A model generated the notes under the pieces. That model searched no databases. It worked only from the letters and a program-made list of their open reading frames with translations, and was not told where the DNA came from. This document shows positions 1 through 8,174 of a stretch of DNA of 64,000 nt, piece by piece. Within the stretch, counting starts at the first letter, position 1, and every line of letters starts with the position of its first letter. Origin of the DNA: Candidatus Poribacteria bacterium (GTDB lineage: Bacteria > Poribacteria > WGA-4E > WGA-3G); the NCBI GenBank assembly GCA_964291315.2, contig OZ219753.1, positions 256,001 through 320,000 of the forward strand, in the 5' to 3' direction. Position numbers and translations under genes: made by a program.

Positions 1-4
1 CATT

Positions 5-892
5 ATGCGACCACTCATTTACATCATGACTCCTGTGCTGATCCTCGCTGTTCTCTTCGCTTCTCGTTATGTAACGTGGGACGCAATAAAGGGCGAAAAT
101 CCGCATGCACAAGCATATGTTCAAAAAGGGACTCTCTCGCTGAGGACATGGAATATTCGGAAGTCAATAGCAGCATTCACGAAAGCAATTGAGATTGAAC
201 CGCGGTATGCTGAAGCCTACGTCAAGCGTGGACTTGCCTATTACCGTGCCGGAGCTTACAAAGCAGCGATAACAGATTATACTCGAACCTTAGCACTCAA
301 GCGGTATGAGGCAGATGCTTACGCCAGTCGTGGCGATACGTATCGCGCGTTGGATAACGCGCAAAGTGCGATCGCAGATTATAACGCTTCACTAAAAAAA
401 AGGTGGAGTGCAAGGGTCATGCGGAAACGGGCAGAAACCTATTGGCAATACGGGGCTGTTCAGGATGCACTGACAGACTATGACGCTGTGATTAAGCGAC
501 AGCCGAGCGCGGTGGCTTATTATGCTCGTGGGAATGTCTATCACCAGCTTTTTACGCAAGGTGACAAAGAGCGTTTGAAACTTGCTTTGATGGATCTAGA
601 TCAGGCTATTGCACTCGACCCACGCTTCGCTCATGCCTATATGAGTCGCGGACTGATTTACGAATACTTAGGAGAACAGACATCAGCAACCGCTGACTAT
701 ACACACGTCTTAGAACTCCTGACCGAAGCAATCAGGGCCTGGCAAGATAATGGTAGTGTCCTCATACAAGCCCGCTATTGGCGTGCCTTGGTTTATCGGA
801 AGCTGGGTTGGATTGATAAGGCGCGCAAAGAAGTTCATGAGGCAAACATGCGCGTTTTCAGTTTTTTTGTTGAAAAAGTGCAAAAAATGTGA
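5..892 (+). CDS. Membrane-anchored tetratricopeptide-repeat (TPR) protein
   Basis: N-terminal hydrophobic helix followed by repeated TPR-like units (AEAYVKRGLAY, ADAYASRGDTY, AVAYYARGNVY, AHAYMSRGLIY). Confidence 0.85.
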   Translation: MRPLIYIMTPVLILAVLFASRYVTWDAIKGENPHAQAYVQKGTLSLRTWNIRKSIAAFTKAIEIEPRYAEAYVKRGLAYYRAGAYKAAITDYTRTLALKRYEADAYASRGDTYRALDNAQSAIADYNASLKKRWSARVMRKRAETYWQYGAVQDALTDYDAVIKRQPSAVAYYARGNVYHQLFTQGDKERLKLALMDLDQAIALDPRFAHAYMSRGLIYEYLGEQTSATADYTHVLELLTEAIRAWQDNGSVLIQARYWRALVYRKLGWIDKARKEVHEANMRVFSFFVEKVQKM

Positions 893-1019
893 TATATTAT
901 ATTAATACTTAAAAACGTTTTGCTCAATTTTTTTTTTTTCTGTATTGCCTGCACATGATGGCTCATAATTACTCACGTGTTTATTGTTGAATTTTTAATC
1001 GGAGGCTATTAGGATTAAT

Positions 1020-1295
1020 ATGACCGGAGATGCATTGGGTTTGATTGAAACCAGAGGTTTGATTGGAAGTGTTGAAGCTGCAGATACGATGGTGAAAGCC
1101 GCAAATGTTCAACTCGTCGGCTATCAGCAAGTTGGTGGTGGCTACGTAACAGTTATGGTTCGGGGCGATGTTGGAGCAGTAAAAGCTGCAACAGATGCTG
1201 GTGCCGAGGCGGCTGCGCGAGTCGGTGAAGTTGTTTCTGTCCACGTGATTCCACGACCACACGCAGATGTTGAAACTCTTTTACGGGAAGCGTAA
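1020..1295 (+). CDS. Bacterial microcompartment hexamer shell protein (BMC-H, EutM/PduA/CcmK family)
   Basis: ALGLIETRG...[11 protein letters not shown]...[19 protein letters not shown]...VHVIPRPH is the canonical BMC-H sequence; RBS-like AGGA upstream. Confidence 0.97.
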   Translation: MTGDALGLIETRGLIGSVEAADTMVKAANVQLVGYQQVGGGYVTVMVRGDVGAVKAATDAGAEAAARVGEVVSVHVIPRPHADVETLLREA

Positions 1296-1365
1296 CGTGT
1301 GGGTTAGGTCAATTGATTGGACGCTATTTCTAACTTTCGGAGTGTCTTAAAAAGGCAAGTGAGAG

Positions 1366-2079
1366 ATGTCAGAACAAGCCCTTGTTGAGTTGATTACCCG
1401 TCGTGTTGTCAATAGACTCACGACAAACCAAGCGTGTAGCGGTTGTGCTTTGCGAACCTGTGCGGCAGGAAGCCGCGCGTGTGACGTTGTCGCGCAACAG
1501 CAGCAGATTCCTGTTGGCGTTTCTGCACGGCATGCGCATGTAACACAAGAGCACCTTGAAATTCTCTATGGGGTTGGCCACCAACTCACTGTCTATGCTC
1601 CTCTCTATCAACCCGGCGCGTTCGCTGCAAATGAAACTGTAACCATCGTTGGGAAACGGATGCGCGCTATTGAAGCCGTTCGGATTCTCGGTCCTGTACG
1701 AGACTACTCTCAAGTCGAAGTCGCGCAAACGGAAGCTATTCGACTCGGATTAAAACCACCTATCCGAGATTCCGGGGACCTCAAGGGTGCAGAACCTATT
1801 ACGTTTGTCGGGCCCGCCGGAAGTATTTATTTGGAAGAAGGTGCAATCTGTGCAACACGACACATTCATATGACTCCTAAAGATGCTGAGGCTCTTCGTA
1901 TCCACGAGGAAGACCTGCTAAAGGTAAGGTTTCCTGGGGAGCGCGCTTTAACGTTTGAAAACGTGCGCCCGAAGATTTCTGAGGGGTATGTGCTCCAAAT
2001 GCACTTAGATACCGATGACTCCAACGCCGCTGGCCTGAAAGGCGGCGAACCCGTTGAAATCGTGCACGATTCACGATAA
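1366..2079 (+). CDS. pduL: BMC phosphate acyltransferase PduL
   Basis: VSARHAH, QPGAFAANE, RILGPVR, SQVEV, RDSGDL, RHIHM and MHLDTDDSNA motifs; N-terminal encapsulation-peptide-like helix. Confidence 0.93.
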   Translation: MSEQALVELITRRVVNRLTTNQACSGCALRTCAAGSRACDVVAQQQQIPVGVSARHAHVTQEHLEILYGVGHQLTVYAPLYQPGAFAANETVTIVGKRMRAIEAVRILGPVRDYSQVEVAQTEAIRLGLKPPIRDSGDLKGAEPITFVGPAGSIYLEEGAICATRHIHMTPKDAEALRIHEEDLLKVRFPGERALTFENVRPKISEGYVLQMHLDTDDSNAAGLKGGEPVEIVHDSR

Positions 2080-2112
2080 AACTTTGCAGGTTTCTTGCAA
2101 TTTCAAACCGAC

Positions 2113-2847
2113 ATGAATCAAGAACTGATTGAACAGATTAGGAAAGCTGTGGAGAAGGTGCTGCGAGAGCAAACGTCCGCTACTACAGGTGTTGAAAACG
2201 AAAAACGACTACTCGCTATCTTCGGGGCCACACAACTTGAATTGGATGAGCCACTTCAGCAGCTTCGAATCTGTGAACAAAACGGATGGAAAGTTACAAT
2301 AATTTTGTCTGAACTTGCAACTAAAGTTTTGAATCTTGAACCAATTTATGATGCATTTGGTAGAGATAATATTTTAGCGGAGCATGTTTTAAACGACATA
2401 CCGGCTCTTGTGGCAGCATATCAACACATAGTAATTCCCGCTTTTTCGCATCCGATGGTCGCGAAGCTTGCCTTAAGACTGGTGGACACGCCGTGTAGTT
2501 ACCTGATTTTTGAGGCTCTCTCTAAAGGGAAAAGGGTTATAGCTGCCTCAGACACATTGGATCAAAGTGAGACATCTACAAAAATTGGCGCTATTGAGCT
2601 CCAATATGTAAACGTTTTGTCCGAAATAGGCGTTCAATTGGTACCGATACTGAAAATTGCTGGGTCAGTCACGGCGGAAACAGGCAGTTTATCTGTCACT
2701 ACAAGCGAGGCATTAATTAGCGCATCGACGATTGCAAATTTGGCTGCAAATGTACACGAGTTGGTTTACGCAAACTCTGCGATTATTACGCCCCTGGCTC
2801 GTGAATATGCCAAAAAAAGAGGGATCAAGCTGATGTCCAAGGATTAA
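2113..2847 (+). CDS. BMC-associated flavoprotein-like protein
   Basis: N-terminal amphipathic helix MNQELIEQIRKAVEKVL; central AKLALRLVD/ALSKGKRVIA segment; C-terminal IITPLAREYAKKRGI motif typical of BMC-locus proteins; ATG at 2113 preferred over TTG at 2095. Confidence 0.7.
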   Translation: MNQELIEQIRKAVEKVLREQTSATTGVENEKRLLAIFGATQLELDEPLQQLRICEQNGWKVTIILSELATKVLNLEPIYDAFGRDNILAEHVLNDIPALVAAYQHIVIPAFSHPMVAKLALRLVDTPCSYLIFEALSKGKRVIAASDTLDQSETSTKIGAIELQYVNVLSEIGVQLVPILKIAGSVTAETGSLSVTTSEALISASTIANLAANVHELVYANSAIITPLAREYAKKRGIKLMSKD

Positions 2848-2904
2848 GGTGGAGGGGCGTGTGTTCTGAAGTACGGGGGTTTGACACCAAAAACTGATTA
2901 TTCC

Positions 2905-2933
2905 TTGACAATTCTTGAAGAAAACTGTATGAT
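2905..2933 (+). promoter_or_regulatory. Sigma70-type promoter for the 3025-7354 cluster
   Basis: TTGACA-17 nt-TATGAT. Confidence 0.65.
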
Positions 2934-3024
2934 GTTGTTAACACTTTATGATACTATTGCAATAGGTATAAGAAGCTATTAGTAGTACCAAATCGAGGAG
3001 ATAAAGATAGATAGGAGGATTTTC

Positions 3025-4656
3025 ATGAAACCCCGGATTTCCATTTTTAGCGCAGTATGCGTGATTAGTTGCTTTCTAACTTTTGGATTGCTGAGTCCCA
3101 TCACTGCAGATTACGATTATTACGCAGACCGGCTCAGTCGTGAGCATCGAGTGGCAAATGAGGTTGACGAATGGATAGAACGTGGGAATGCCACTATTAC
3201 CACAAGTCCACGGTTTGAAGATGGTGTAAGACTCACGGCTTGGGCAAGTGCTGCTCAGAACGCTGATGAATATGAATTTGCGATTGCAAGTGCTGTGTAT
3301 CTCTTTGAAATTCCAGTGGGTGCACAGTATATTGAGATTCTAGTGAGATACCGAGGGGAGCCACATCGCTTAGAGATTGAAGATTATGAAGAACCTATTG
3401 CGGGGCGTGCTTGGATTCGTAACACCAAGCGCGAAGCAACAAGGCGCGGTTATTACGACGAAAATGCCAGCGAAACCCGTTATGGCGACACTTTCATGCT
3501 TCGGGCGAAAAACCGGTCTGAACGTATTAAGATTCCCTCCGTGGGGCATGTAAAGGAGGGTTGGATGGAACTCCATATTGTTGCTGAAGGTGGTGAGCAG
3601 ATCGATGTAGAACATATTGAGGTTTCCACCTATCGTAGACAGCCGAAGGTTAGAGTTATTCAACGATACACGCCGACCTATCGTTGGCGTCCGTGGCACC
3701 GCTACACTTATCTCTACTTTTATGATGGGCCGGTCTACTACGCAACAGACTACGACTACTACCTCCGATGGAGCTACCCCATCTACGATCACCACTACCT
3801 CTCTATCCGTTCATATTATGGTGGGTACCTTGGCCGCTACCGCGGTTATCATCCGGCTGCGTATTACCGCCGCTATTCGCCATATTCTGGATATTACTCC
3901 GGTTCCTACTACCATGGGACACCGAAGGTTTATCAGCGGCGAACCCGGCTGAATAAGTGGAGCTCACAGCATGAAACAACGCGTCGGCAGTATAGCCGCG
4001 GTCGGTTGGCAGCAAATAGCCTGCGAGTGGACAGAGCTGCAGTACGCAGAAGCGTGAGGACGACCCTCGAAAACCACCGCAGACAAACACCAGCGTCAGC
4101 AGATCGGGTTTCACGTCACTCAATTATCGCTCAGAAACAGCGAGCCCTTGCATCCACTTCAACACTTCGCCAAAGGAATGTCAAACAGCGCGTCTATGCT
4201 TCTGGAAGGAAGGTCGGTAAACAGAGACGTTATCCTGTTGGCACAACGAGCTACAGTAGGTCCGCACAAACACAGCGGACGGTGCCGCTGTATAGACGTT
4301 CGCCTACTACATCTTCGCGGCGATCTGTCTTTTCAAGTAAAAGTAGCAACGCGGTTTCAAAGTATAGAAGCACGACTTCAAGCTCAAGGACTTCACGTTC
4401 AAATACGAGCGTCAGTCGTTCACGGGTGTCCCGTGAACCAACGAGCGTTAGTCGACCCAGTACAACGAGCTCGTCAAGGTCACGTACGAGCGTTAGTCGA
4501 TCGACTTCTACAAAAAGGCGGACCCGTCCGACGACATCAAACTCTAGTTCATCGAGTACGCGTTCAAGTAGTAATGATGATGATGATGAGAATCGGAGCC
4601 AAAGTCGAAGCAGTAGCCGGAGCCGGACGACGGAACGGACAAAACGGCGGCGTTAA
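3025..4656 (+). CDS. Secreted protein with a globular N-domain, Tyr-rich middle and Arg/Ser-rich low-complexity tail
   Basis: Signal-peptide-like N-terminus, strong RBS (AGGAGG), obvious compositional blocks. Confidence 0.8.
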   Translation: MKPRISIFSAVCVISCFLTFGLLSPITADYDYYADRLSREHRVANEVDEWIERGNATITTSPRFEDGVRLTAWASAAQNADEYEFAIASAVYLFEIPVGAQYIEILVRYRGEPHRLEIEDYEEPIAGRAWIRNTKREATRRGYYDENASETRYGDTFMLRAKNRSERIKIPSVGHVKEGWMELHIVAEGGEQIDVEHIEVSTYRRQPKVRVIQRYTPTYRWRPWHRYTYLYFYDGPVYYATDYDYYLRWSYPIYDHHYLSIRSYYGGYLGRYRGYHPAAYYRRYSPYSGYYSGSYYHGTPKVYQRRTRLNKWSSQHETTRRQYSRGRLAANSLRVDRAAVRRSVRTTLENHRRQTPASADRVSRHSIIAQKQRALASTSTLRQRNVKQRVYASGRKVGKQRRYPVGTTSYSRSAQTQRTVPLYRRSPTTSSRRSVFSSKSSNAVSKYRSTTSSSRTSRSNTSVSRSRVSREPTSVSRPSTTSSSRSRTSVSRSTSTKRRTRPTTSNSSSSSTRSSSNDDDDENRSQSRSSSRSRTTERTKRRR

Positions 4657-4719
4657 GATGTTCATAGGAGTAGGGTAGGCTTCGCGTAATCATTTGGGAA
4701 CGTGGAGCCTACATATCAG

Positions 4720-5292
4720 ATGCAATTGTTGAGAGTTTTATTGGTTATTTTACTGCTTTTTTTTAGTATCTCTGCCGGTTTTGCACAAGACACTGAAAAT
4801 AAAACTGAACCTGAGCAGAGGGTACCCGAGGCGGATGCCGGAGGTAAACTGGTGTCACCGATTGGGGCGATGATCCGTTCTGCTATTTTCCCGGGATGGG
4901 GGCAATTTTATAGCCGTGGTTACCTCCGGAGCAGCTTGACTGTTTTGGGAGTAGGCGGTTCTGCTATCGGTGCCTTATTGGCACAAAGATCTTTTAATAA
5001 CCGTTACAATGCTTACGCCACTTATGCCAGTACAAATCCTCATGATGAAGCCGGGGTATTTGAAAGATACGACTACGCAAATCAACGTTACAAGCTCAGA
5101 ACGTTTTTTATGTACACTGGTATCGGTATTTGGGTTTATAGTCTCATTGACTCCTATGTAAGTTCAAACTTCTACAACGCTGAAACCCTGGTTCAGTCTA
5201 TCCAAAAAGACGCACAAGACATGGAGAAAGTGGGAATTGAGATCGGTGCCACCCCTTTCCAGCTTTATTTTGGCGTTGTTAGAACTTTTTAG
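4720..5292 (+). CDS. DUF5683-like membrane protein
   Basis: SPIGAMIRSAIFPGWGQFY and IWVYSLIDSY motifs; signal peptide; C-terminal Phe. Confidence 0.75.
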   Translation: MQLLRVLLVILLLFFSISAGFAQDTENKTEPEQRVPEADAGGKLVSPIGAMIRSAIFPGWGQFYSRGYLRSSLTVLGVGGSAIGALLAQRSFNNRYNAYATYASTNPHDEAGVFERYDYANQRYKLRTFFMYTGIGIWVYSLIDSYVSSNFYNAETLVQSIQKDAQDMEKVGIEIGATPFQLYFGVVRTF

Positions 5293-5317
5293 ATTTAAAA
5301 AGGGAGAACACTCAACT

Positions 5318-5878
5318 ATGTTTAGGGGTTTTATAAAAATCGGGGGCATTCTCGTTTTACTTGTAGCTTTTATCGGGTGCGGGGATGCCGAAAAAGTCGG
5401 TCAGGTTCCACCTGAAGAACTCCTTCAAATTAATAAAGTTTTAGAACGTTGGCGTGAAGGTTATGAGACGGAAGATGTCAATACCTACATCGGTGCTTTC
5501 TGGGAGGAGGGTTTCCTTTATGTTTCCGATATGGGGACAGATGGGGACAAAACAGACGATCTGGAATTTGACGACATCCGACAAGAACGTGATGCTGCGA
5601 CTCGTGTCTTTGATCAGTTTCAGGATATTGAGATAGAACTTTCCGCGCCACCAGAGATTTCTATGAACGAAGACGGAGATCAAGCAGAGGTCCGAAACCA
5701 CTATAGAATCCAAGGATTTGTAGCAGACGGTCAGTCGCTTGAAGGTGGATATACGGGATGGTTTGCCGAAGGGGATAACCTCTTTATTTTTGAAAAAAGA
5801 AATGATGAATGGCGTATTACCGAATGGCATGACGAAGCCTACAACGACGAAGAAATTCGTCAAGCTAATAACCTATAG
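5318..5878 (+). CDS. Acidic lipoprotein, SnoaL/NTF2-like fold
   Basis: Lipobox FIGC after a hydrophobic stretch; WREGYETEDV...Y and EKRNDEWRITEW resemble NTF2-like domains; RBS GGGAG upstream of ATG 5318. Confidence 0.7.
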   Translation: MFRGFIKIGGILVLLVAFIGCGDAEKVGQVPPEELLQINKVLERWREGYETEDVNTYIGAFWEEGFLYVSDMGTDGDKTDDLEFDDIRQERDAATRVFDQFQDIEIELSAPPEISMNEDGDQAEVRNHYRIQGFVADGQSLEGGYTGWFAEGDNLFIFEKRNDEWRITEWHDEAYNDEEIRQANNL

Positions 5879-5938
5879 ATGGAAGAGTAAGGAGAGTTAA
5901 TTTCTAGTCCATGTGCAGGACGGAAATTCTGTATATTC

Positions 5939-7354
5939 ATGTCGCAGCAGGAGGCACACCTACGTGACTATTTTCAACTCATCCGAAAACATGCTTTTAC
6001 ATTTTGCCTGAGTATTTTGCTGGTATTAGGAACCGCCTTAGTTATCTCACTCCGTTTACCTAAAACCTATGCTGCTTCCACTTTAATGTTGCTCGTCCAA
6101 CCTAGCGCGACCCCTTCTCTTCCGTCAGTGAATCTTTTTCAGAACGTCCTCTCTGGAGGCGTTGATCGCAGGGAAATGGAGACAATCAGTACTCGATTTT
6201 CCACAGAGTCGATGCTAAAGACTGCCATCGAAAATCTTGAGGATGCCGGAAATGCGGACGCGGTTGCTCTTTTTCCGCCTATTGGTAAACTCAAACGACT
6301 GCTGAAGGCCCAGCTAAATCCTGATTCTGACTATATCAATCTCTCAATTGCCTTGACCGAGTCAGAAGGAGGAGAGCGCAATGCAGCTCTTCTTGTTAAT
6401 CAACTCGCTCAGGATATGAAAACGTTGCGGCGCGGAGACGAAGAGACAAAGCTCAGGAAACGGATGGAATTTCTCACTGACAAGCAACGGGAAATCCAAT
6501 CTGAAATCCAGAGAGATCTTGATGCTCTTCTCCAATTCGTGCGTCAAAATGGTGCCCCAGAGACTTGGGGACCGACACTCACCAATCTCCTTGAACGTTA
6601 TGCTAACGTCCGGGAAAATATTGAGACAAACCAGCAGCAGGCCTATGCAGCGCGTGCCCATATTACTTATCTGCAGGAACAACTCAGACTTTTGCCGGAG
6701 CAGACACAACTATCCGAAACGACTGCTTACGACCCTGTCTGGCTTTTTCAAAAAGAAAAGCTGTTCGATCTTGAGGCACAACGTGTTGCTGATAAAGAAA
6801 GAGTAGGCAAAACAGCATCGGAGTTGAAGGGGCTTGACGCGCAAATTGCAGATATTCAAAAGAAAAACACGCAAATCTCACCTACGACGACTAGCATCAC
6901 CGCCGGTCCTTCTGCACACCACACCTATATAAAGAACCAGTTAACAACCTTCATTCCCACTCTTTCGAGTCATGAAAATTCTGTGGTGCGTCTCAAGCAG
7001 GAGCTTGGCACTTTAGAAGCTGAACTGGCGCGGTTTCTGGAACAAATCCCTGAAAATCAGATTATTCTGACACAGATGGGGGCCAAAATTCAGAAGACTA
7101 ATATGCTTGCTGAAGAAATCGCCAAACGTTCGCTCGAAGCTGAAATATTATATGCTGAATCCAAATTAACAGCTGCTCGCAATCAGGTGGGCGGTATTGA
7201 AATCATAGATCGCGCTGTACCGAGGAAGGTACCCGTTAGTCCCCAACTCAGATTTGTCCTTGTTATTGCGGGGATCACTGGTACGGTTCTTGGGATTACT
7301 GTTATCTTGTTTAGTGAATATTTTAGCAAGGCCGCTGAGGGTTCAAGAAACTAG
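5939..7354 (+). CDS. Polysaccharide co-polymerase-like protein (Wzz/GumC family), no kinase domain
   Basis: HLRDYFQLIRKH, TM1, PKTYAAST, long coiled coil, IIDRAVPRKVPVSP, TM2. Confidence 0.8.
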   Translation: MSQQEAHLRDYFQLIRKHAFTFCLSILLVLGTALVISLRLPKTYAASTLMLLVQPSATPSLPSVNLFQNVLSGGVDRREMETISTRFSTESMLKTAIENLEDAGNADAVALFPPIGKLKRLLKAQLNPDSDYINLSIALTESEGGERNAALLVNQLAQDMKTLRRGDEETKLRKRMEFLTDKQREIQSEIQRDLDALLQFVRQNGAPETWGPTLTNLLERYANVRENIETNQQQAYAARAHITYLQEQLRLLPEQTQLSETTAYDPVWLFQKEKLFDLEAQRVADKERVGKTASELKGLDAQIADIQKKNTQISPTTTSITAGPSAHHTYIKNQLTTFIPTLSSHENSVVRLKQELGTLEAELARFLEQIPENQIILTQMGAKIQKTNMLAEEIAKRSLEAEILYAESKLTAARNQVGGIEIIDRAVPRKVPVSPQLRFVLVIAGITGTVLGITVILFSEYFSKAAEGSRN

Positions 7355-7362
7355 CCTAAATT

Positions 7363-7397
7363 ATATTTGAAAAAAAAAGACTTTTTTTTTCAAATAT
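7363..7397. repeat. Perfect 17-bp AT-rich inverted repeat with a 1-nt centre
   Basis: ATATTTG-A9-G [A] C-T9-CAAATAT read directly. Confidence 0.85.
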
Positions 7398-7777
7398 GGT
7401 ATAATATATAGTATATCTAACGGGCAGTGATTATTAAGCCTCCGATATAGCAAATATTTCGTGAGTCTATGTCGAGGCTTTTAGATAGTCTTAAAGTGTG
7501 TTTTAAGATAAATTAGTTCTATTATCGGTTCGCGGTTATCTTCAGGCAACAGCAGCAGGTGAAATCGTCTAGGATGTGTGACTGGTGTTCCTCGAACGAA
7601 GAGGCTTCGCTAGTGCAATTTTTAATTCTGTTGGTATGCCTTCCCGATATTGACTTTCTTGTCTTAAGGCTAGTAAAAAATGAATGACACTGATGCATTT
7701 AAAAGTTGAAAGTATATTACATTTTCGGTATGATATGCAAAAATCACCTTAATGAATATAATTTTCTATTAAAAAAC

Positions 7778-7806
7778 TTGACAAAAATTCAACTCAGTGC
7801 TATTTT
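7778..7806 (+). promoter_or_regulatory. Sigma70-type promoter upstream of the OM protein/ExbBD operon
   Basis: TTGACA-17 nt-TATTTT with an extended TG. Confidence 0.55.
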
Positions 7807-7917
7807 AAAACCCAAGAACAGTTTTGTAGGTGTTCTATCGCGCGCGTTTATCAAGCGCGTTTATCAAGAATTTTCACAGGACTGACCCTTAATTTGTTGG
7901 AAGGAGACTCGCTTTTT

Positions 7918-8103
7918 ATGCTTGTTCGTGCAATATCTCTAATGTTGGGGTATCCATGGGCAGTAACTACGAAAGCTGAAATTGAAATACCGTCCATCTT
8001 AACTAACGACATTTTTCACCTTTTCGTTTACTAGCAAAGCAGTTTTCATCCATTTTTAAGGTTTTTTGTTCGGAGAGCGGGGTAGATATAGCGTGAAAAG
8101 CAT
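7918..8103 (+). ncRNA. Candidate ~186-nt structured RNA (rod with a central open region)
   Basis: Outer stem 7918-7938 pairs with 8084-8103; inner stem 7960-7981 pairs with 8014-8035; G-U pairs favour the + strand. Confidence 0.45.
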
Positions 8104-8174
8104 GCCTTACTTACATCGCTGTTCCGTTACCCAAATATCTGATACATCATCTCCTAAGGAGGAAACATAAAATA

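Noticed and set aside
7845-7900. SAM-I riboswitch-like words (TTATCAAGA...GGACTGACCC) and a 13-bp direct repeat GCGCGTTTATCAA
   Set aside because: P2 pairing, GCAAC and the downstream P1 complement are missing; the downstream gene is not sulfur-related
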